A stretch of DNA of 64,000 nucleotides from assembly GCF_035084215.1 (NCBI RefSeq), contig NW_027139559.1, positions 744,001 through 808,000 on the forward strand, written 5' to 3'. Origin of the DNA: Heptranchias perlo (lineage: Eukaryota). Numbering within the stretch: the stretch's first letter is position 1; every line of letters starts with the position of its first letter. Shown piece after piece: positions 49,501-58,500 of this stretch. Position numbers and translations under genes: made by a program. The notes under the pieces were generated by a model, which worked only from the letters and a program-made list of their open reading frames with translations, did no database searches and was not told the origin of the DNA.

Positions 49501-52500
49501 ACCTGTGCAAGCTTGTGAATTGGTTGCATTTTCTCACCTGATGTTTTTCTAATGTCTTTCCGCTTGTTACTGTTGGTTGCAGAATGGGACACTTGGCAGC
49601 TGTAAAGAGACCCGCTGTTCCATTCCTGCAGGGTGACTTTAAAGAGACTCGTGGAGCTAAAATCACCATTCGAATTTTTAACTGGGGATGTGGTTGTAAA
49701 GCCCGATTGTACAGCGTTTCCGTTCTTCTGCCAGCTCACTGCAATGCTTTCTGGCTGATATTCGCTGATGAGGCAAACCAGTTGCACAAAACCCTTTGCT
49801 GTCAGTTCGTCACTTGCAGAGTAGAGGAGACTGATGATCGGTGGAGTAAGTTGCACTGAGAAAATTACAATGACAATTAAACCGTTTATATCGAGTCCTG
49901 GCCAATATTTATTCCTCAACCAACACCTAAAAACAGATTATCTGGTCAGTATCACGTTGCTCGCAGCCACGGACACCTTCAAATTAAACACACATGGATG
50001 CATTGAAGCTGGGTTTAAATGTGCTGATATTACAGTGGGCGTGTTGGGATAAATGAGTTCCGGTCATGAACGAACATTCAAATAATGTTCTTATCACTTG
50101 TTAATTTCGGAGTGAATAATGATCAATTTATTTTAAGAAAAATATCTATACTGTCCAGTGGTGTGTAGTTGCAGTCAGATTTTAAATGTACATCGATTAT
50201 TGTTACCAGTAACATGCTTTAATTTTCCTGGGGATGGAGCAGTTTCATGCCGTCACTTTACCGGGAAATATTTTGCAACCGGCGTTTCTTAAGGAAGGAG
50301 TTGTTTGGATTTCTGGACGATTGCAGCAGCGAGTTTGTAAATCAGAGGTCAGAGACAGCAATGGTTTTGGTAATGTTAGGCGAAGGAGTGATAGAGTTAA
50401 AATATTTTACATTACAGAAGGTTTCATTCGGCCCATCGCGCCACTACGGGCTCTGTGGAAGAGCTATCCGCTTCCCAGTGGAAACTCCGCTGGACCCGCC
50501 CCATGGCTCACAGCGGGAGAGTACATGGGGAAATTGTAGATTCCCGGCCCGTGATATTATATCTATTCACCTTAAGGGAGCGATAATCAGGGCTGGATGT
50601 GCGCAGTCCGATTCTCCTCTTCTTTCCCGGTACATTCTTTCTCAATATTTGCCTTCTTCCTTTTAACCTAATTTCCAGGGCTACGGGGATGAGCAGAGGA
50701 ATGGGTCTAATTGGATAGCTCTTTCAAAGACCCAGCAAAGGCACAATCGGCCGAATGTCCTCCCCTGTGCTGTACCTACTATGATACCATGATTCTGCAA
50801 ACAGCATTGTTTATGGTTGGAGGTTCCGTGTCCTGACAACCATCTCCATAATAAAAATAAATCTCCAAATATCTCCATTCATCTTTTGCTGATGATCTGA
50901 AACTTATACCCACGAGTTATAGCCCACGGTAAACAGTTTCCCTCCATTTAAACTTATAACCACGAGTTCTCAACCACGGCAAATAGTTTCCCTCCATTTA
51001 CACTTATAGCCACTAGTTATAGCCCACGGTAAATAGTTTCTCTCCATTTAAAATTATACCCACTAGTTATCGACCATGGCAAATAGTTTCCCTCCATTTA
51101 AACTTATACCCCCCAGTTACCGCCCACGGCAAATAGTTTCTTTCCATTTAAATTGATACCCGCTAGTTATCGACAACGGCAAATAGTTTTTTCTCCATTT
51201 GGCTTATCAAATACAGTTACAATTTTACTGCCGCTTCACTTTCTGGTTCTCAAGAAAATAGCCCACCTTTCTCTCCATTACCTTCCCACCGAATCTATCA
51301 CCCTCCCTGGCCACGATCAGGGACTGAACCAGACCGCTCTAAACCTCCACGTCCCATTTCACACTGAGCTGAGCTTCCGACCCCGTATCCACTCCATCAC
51401 CAGACCGCCTACTTCGACCTCCATCACGTCGCCAATCTCCGCCCCTGCCTCGGCCCATCTGCTGCTGAAACCTTCATCCATGTTTTTGTTACCTCTGGAC
51501 TCGACTGTTCCAATGCTCTCCTGGCCGGCCTCCCACCTTCCACTCTCCGTAAACCTAAGCTCATACAGAACTCTGCTGATGGTATCCAAACTCTCTCCAA
51601 CTCCCGTTCACCCATCACCCCTGTGCTCACTGACCTACATCGTCCCCCAGTCCAGCAACACCTCGAACTTAAAATGCTCATCCTTGTGGTCAAATCCCTC
51701 CATGGCCTCGCCCCTCCCTATCTCTGTAACGTTCTCCAGCCCTACAATTCTGAACCTTGTTCACAAATCACTCCATCGCCTCGCCCCTCCCGATCTCTGT
51801 CACGTTCTCCAGCCCTACAATTCTGAACCTTGTTCACAAATCACTCCATAGCCTCGCCCCTCCCTATCTCTAACGTTCTCCAGCCCTACAATTCTGAACC
51901 TTGTTCACAAATCACTCCATAGCCTCGCCCCTCCCTATCTCTAACGTTCTCCAGCCCTACAATTCTGAACCTTGTTCACAAATCACTCCATAGCCTCGCC
52001 TCTCTCTATCTCTGTAACCGTCTCCAGCCCTACAACCCTTCGAAATCTTTGCGATCCTCGAATTCTGGCCTCTTGCACATTCCCGCTTTCCATCGCCCCA
52101 CAATTGGTGGCCGTGCATTCAGCAGCCCAGGCCTTAATTTCTGGAATTGTCTCGCTAAACCTCTCCGCCTCACTCCCTCTCTCCTTTTTAAAACGCTCAT
52201 TAAAACCTTTCTCTTTGACCAGGATTTATTAGTGACTATCTAATATTTACGATGTCTGACTTTGGACTCCCCCACAAGTGGAAACATTTTCTCTACGACT
52301 AATCTATCAAACCCTTTCATTATCTTAAAGATCTCAAGCAGGTCACCCTGAACCTTTCAATTTCCAGAAAAAAACAACCCCAGCCTGTTCAATCTTTCCT
52401 GACAGGTATATTCTCTCAGTTCTGGTATCATCCTTGTGAATCTTTTTTTACACCTTCTTCAATGCATATATGAGCTCAATATATTTTTTATAATATGGAA

Positions 52501-55500
52501 ATCATAACTGTGCACAGTACTCCAAGTGTGGTAAAAGCAAATTTCTATACAAGTTTAACAAAACGTCTCTCCTTTTCAATTCTATTCCTCTAGAAATGAA
52601 CCCAGTGCTTGGTTTGCCTTTTTATGGCCTTAAAACATGCGTCGCCTCTTTTACTGATTTGTATACCTGTACCCCGAGATCCCTTTGCTCCTCTACCTTT
52701 TATCCATGCAGTATATGTCCTCCTTATTCTCCCAAACAAAATGCACCACTTCACAATTAAATATATTGAAATTAATTTGCCAATTACACGCCCGTTCTGC
52801 AAGTTCAATAATGTCTTCTTGCAACCTGACGTATTCTACCTTTGTATGAACAACACCCCCCGATTCCCGGTCCAAATTGTTCATATAAATTTGTCAGCAA
52901 CTGTGGCCCGAGCACTGATCCCTGTGAAAAACCACTTCCCAACTTCTCCCATTCTTAGTAGCTACCCTTAAACCAATCTCTCTGTTTTCTAATTTGTAGC
53001 CAGCTTGCTTTCCATTCTGCTACCTGTTCCCTGACTCCACATGTTATGACATCAGATGAATCTACAATGCACTACAATATCGAATGCCTTTTGAAAATAC
53101 AAACATATTCCATCTACTAAATTACCCCTTGTCTAACCTTCCTTTTACTTCTTCAAACAATTCAGTAAGGTTGGTCAAGCATGTCTTTGCTTTCTGACTA
53201 TTCTTTATTATATTTTCGTTTTCTAGATGTTTTTCTGTTACATCTTTGAGCAAAGATTCCATTATCTTTCCTAACACCGACGTTAGGCTAACTGGTCTAT
53301 AATTCCCTGGACTTGTTCGAATCTCCTTTTTAATATATAATTGTCACATTAGCTGTCCACCAGTCTTCTGGCACTATTCCCTTTGCTAATGAATTTTATG
53401 TACATGTAATAGTGCGTCTGCTATCTCCTCCCTAACTTCTTTTATTATGAGCTGATGAAATCCATACGGTCCGGAGGTTTGATCCTCTCTATGCTTGATT
53501 AGTTGATCAATTATCTCCCCCCTTTCTATTTTAAATGTCTTAGTTTGTTTTATCTTTTCTTCTAATGTCCTGCCCACATTTTTATTCTCCCTGGTAAATA
53601 CTGAGGCAAAGTAACTGTTCAATATTTGTGCCATTTCACTGCTCATTACCTGCGAGTTTATCTTATGTTTCCCTTTGTGGCCCTAACCCTGTCCTTTCGT
53701 TATTTATCTGTCTGTAGAATACTTTACTGTTCCTTTTTTATATTCCTTGATAATTTAATTTTGTGCTTCCCCTGCAAAGTCTTTGCGAATGTTGAAAAGG
53801 AACGAATTTATTTGATTAACAAACCCATTATTTGGTATCGTATCAACCGCCTGATACGGCCTAGGACTAATTTTAAGGTTATGCCTCCTTGTTCTACATT
53901 CCTCAAACAAAGGCAACAGTTTATCTCTATCCACCATATTAAATCTTTTAATAATCGTAACACATTAATTTGATCACCCACTAATCTTCTTTAATCAAGG
54001 GAATGCACGCCTAGTCCATGCAGTCTTGCCTCATATTTTAACCCTTTTAGCCTCGGTATTATTCTGGTGAATCTGCGTTACACTCCCTCCAAGGCCAATC
54101 TATCCGTCCTGGTGTACAGTGTCCAAAATTGAGCCTGGAAATCTGTAGAGTTCTTCGAAGAACTGTCGAACTAAATTTGGCTGAGAGAACTTGCCGTTTA
54201 CATATCCATGCTAGCTGTCTTTAATGAAACGATGTCTCTGCAAGTGAATGTTAATTTTCTCCAGTAACATGACTCGAGAAGATGATCCACCACTGACAGT
54301 AAGCCGACGGCCCCACGGTTATCCTGTGTAAACCTTTCTCCCTTCTTTGATAAAGACATTACCTCGGTCCTCTGGCAAAAGTTCCACATCCTAGGATGTT
54401 TGAATGTTTGAGGGCCGAGCATCTGCTTTTTGCTTCTTGTCTATTCTCAACATTCTAGAATAGAATGAGTTCCACCAATTTTCTCAGCACTCCTTATTTA
54501 TCTCTAGTTATTCAATCTAATTGAACCTCACCCTCCAGCTCAAACCTTCCATTCCCATCAAAACATTATTCTGTAAAAGCCGAGACTAAGTCCTTGTTTA
54601 ATATCTCTGCGATTAATTCATCTTCCTGCAGAATATTTCCTTTTACATCTCTAATCTAATCCCATCTTGAGGTTAGTTGATTCCACTTTTTAATTCTACT
54701 CTTAGTATTTCGATTTGCCCAAGGAACTTCCGAAAAATCTTCTTCACAACTTCCTAAATAACATTTCCAAAATCCCTGAATCCAAATTTCAATGGACTAT
54801 AAACCAGTCGCTGCGAGAGCGCCGTTTCACGTTGGTTAGAAAGAAGCACAGCGAGATAAAGAGCACATTGTTTTCAGGGTAGATCAGAAGACTGGGGAAA
54901 ATTTATTAAAATCAGGCTCCAGCCATTCGGGAATGTGCTCCTCAAAATTTGCCAATGACTGAAATGAACAGATGATGAATCATTCCGAAGCGTCCAGCCA
55001 AATTCACAATATGTGCTGTGGGCCAGAGATGTTTCGCGCTCTGAATGTCTGAAAGTGAGATATCCAATCAAATAGATATACTTTAAGTATGCAAGGAACA
55101 TAGTATAACACAATTGAAGCCTATCGCATTAAAGGGGCAGTGGCTGCCTAGGTACGAAATTGGCTGAGGGACAGAAAGCAGAGAGTAGCGGTAAACGGTT
55201 GTCTTTCAGACTGGAGGGAAGTATACAGGGGTCGGTATTAGGAGCACTGCTCTTTTTGATATTTATTAATGACCTGGACTTGGGGATACAAGGCATAATT
55301 TCAAAATTTGCAGATGGCACGAAGCTCGGAAATGTAGTAATCAATGTGGAGGATATTAACAGACTTTAGGAGGACATAGACAGACTGATGAAATGGTCAA
55401 ACACGTGGCAAATGAAATTTAGCGCAGTGTGTTGGAAGTGATGCATTTTGGTCGGAAGAATGAGGAGAAACAACATACATAAAATGGTACGATGTTAACG

Positions 55501-58500
55501 GGGGTGCAGGACCAGAGAGACCTCGGGGGAGATGTACACAAATCTTCGAAGTTAGCACGCCAAGTTAAGAAGGTTGTTAAACAAGTAGATGGGATCCCGG
55601 GCTTTATTAATAGAAGCATAGAGTATAAAAGCAAGAAGTTATGCTAAACCTTCAGATATCACTGGTTAGACCCCAGTTGGAGCATTGTGTCGATTTCTGG
55701 GCACCACACTTTAAGATGGGTATCAAGGCCTTCGAGAGGGTGCAGAGGAGATTTACCAGAAACCAGGGATGCGGGATTTCTGTTACGTGGAGAAACTAGA
55801 GAAGCTCGAGTTGTTCTCCTGAGAGCAGAGAAGGTTAAGGGGAGATTTCACCGAGGTGTTGAAAATCATGAAAGGTTTCGAAAGGGTAAATAAGGAAACA
55901 CCGTTTCCAGTGGCAGGCGGATCGGAAACCAGAGGACACAGATTTAAGGTCATTGGCAAAACAGCCGGAGGCGAGATGAGGAGATTTTTTTAAGCAGCGA
56001 ATTGTAATGAACTGGAATTCACTGCTTGAACGGGTGGTAGAAGCAGATTCAATAATAAATTTCAAAAGGGAATTCGATCATTAATTGCAGTGAAAGCATT
56101 TGCCGCACTATGGGGAAAGAGTAGGGGAGTGGGACTAATTGTCTAGCTTTAAAGATCCGGCACAGGCCCGATGGGCCGAATGGCCTCCTTTTGTGCTGTA
56201 TCATTCTATGATTCTATGATAGGCAGGGTTGGGCTGGATTCGGACAAAAGCCTTCAAAATAATGCTGCTGAAACAATGAATTAGTCAGAGAGAAAGAGAT
56301 AAATCTCAAAGGACAACTTCAGATGCTTTACAAAAGTGAAAAAAATGATGCAAATCTTTGAAAAAAGGAAAGATGAATTAACGAAACTACGAGGTGGAAG
56401 TGAACAAGTTATTTATCGGGACAACGACGACAGAATGCAAGTACGAAATTCGCCATCCTTGTGCAAATTGGGAGATTATATATAAAGATCTCCCTATGAT
56501 AGTGGGAAAGTGAATACCATTGACATAGATATTAATACCATTGCTTTATTCCTTTTTTTTCACTCAGAGGAGGCAAGGAAGGATATTAACCTTAAACATC
56601 ACTGTGGGCCGTCTCAGGGCACCACGATTAACGCTCGAGTTTCCTCAGTTCACTCTTCTACTGCAGGGCCCGTTTTTTAATAAACCAGTTAACATCTGGT
56701 TTAGTGCAACGGACAGATTAAGTGGATGGTCCTATGATTTCGGAAGAGAAAGGTATAAGATTTAGGATTATTTAAACTGGGGAGTAGCAGTTGTTTTGGG
56801 AGCGAATTCATGGGAGAACAATTTGCATGGATTTGTGTAAAGGAACCAATCGGAGTTTCTGCCCGCGCACATTCTTCTGTTCTTAGAAGGTTTTTCCTTT
56901 CGATAAGTGCGGTGTTCTATGTCTGCGATGAAACCCTTCCATTCACCACTGTTTCTAGTACAATCTGCATCTCATTGCTCCCGTTCATAAAGAGTATTCT
57001 CTAATGTTACTGACTTCCACATTTTGGGAGCTTTATGCTGGATATTTTCTCAGATTCAATGCAGGGGCCATTATGGTAAACTGCTCTGGTATCCGGTAAG
57101 GATGGTAATCTACCTTCTCCTACGGATAGAGTGTAGATCAGCTTTACCCTCTATCTAACCGAATCTGTACCTGCCCTGGGAGTATTTAGTGGGAGAGTGC
57201 AGAGGGAGTGCAACTCCGTATCTAACCCGTGCTGTAACTGCCATGGAAGTGTTTGATATGACAGTGTAGCGGGAGCCTTGCTCTGTATCTAACTCTGTAC
57301 CAGCGGTGGGAGTGTTTGATGGGACAATGGAGAGGGAGGTTTACGCTGTATCTAAACCTGTGTGGTACCTGCCCTCGGAACATTTGTTTTAACAGCGTAG
57401 AGGGAGCTTTACTGTTTATCTATCCTGTGCTGTACTTGCACTGGGAGTGTTTGGTGGGACAGTATCGAATGAGCTGTACCCTCTATCTGACCCCTACTGC
57501 TCCTGAACTGGGAGTTTTACATGACACAGTGGAGAGGGGGATTTACTCGATAAATTCATCGGCAATAAAGCGCTTTGCAATAAAGATGCGTTTATAAACG
57601 CAAGTTCATTCCTCTTTTCTACCTATATTCTACCTGACCAGGGAATATTTGGTGGGATTGTGTCGATCGAGTTTAACGTTTTAGGATTTTTAAGGTAAAT
57701 ATTTTCTCGGATTCAGTGTCGCTTGGTATCCATGTATGCGGACCCGCCCCTCCCATCATCTGCACCGAGGCTTAACCTGTCCAATCTCCAGGCAAGCGAT
57801 ATCCAGACCATGGGATGGCAAAAACATCCCCCTTACTCTGCACATCAGCTCAGGGATTCTCCTCTCTTCGAAATGCTGACTGAATATCCAGTCTATCAGA
57901 CCAACACTCAGGTTCCAAACAAACACATTGTTTCTTGAATTAAAATAAGTAAACTGACAGTAAAATGTATAAACAGTGAGTCAAAGACTTCACGATTCTC
58001 CCCGAGGCATAAAATAAGGAAGTTACCGTTTACTTTATTTCTATACATGAATATTAAAAGAGAATTTCAATTATCACACTCAAACCTACCGCAGTTTCAA
58101 TGTTCTCTGCTACTCGGCACAATCTAAAACACAGAGCGTTTCTGTTGTCTGAAATACGAGTGTCCAGGAGACTGGCTTCCATGGAAACAGGCCTCGCACA
58201 GACCTATAGTATAGGGGGTGAAATTGGTCTGCGCCAGTAACGCGACACGGGCTGCGAGCGAATCGCCGGCCTGTTTTACACCGCGCTAGACCTTCTCTCC
58301 ACTGAATTTCACAGAACGATAGTTCGAGCTCTTTTTGGAGATTCGGGTAGTTTCACTGTCCGTTTTACTTGGTTCGATCTTTAGAACATTCGCAATATTT
58401 TCCAAGTCCGTGTGAAGGACAATCTGATGCCATGTTTCAAGGCGGCCGATTCGCGATCGCCCGTTCCGCGCTCCTCGATCAGATCAATTTCACCCCCAAT

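Noticed and set aside
58090-58123. Hinge mini-exon in the J-C1 intron (ctctgtgttttag|34 nt|GTAGGT, minus strand)
   Set aside because: 34 nt is not a multiple of 3, and in phase 1 it reads D-C-A-E-stop. J splices cleanly to C1 without it. It could only be revived by RNA-seq junction evidence.
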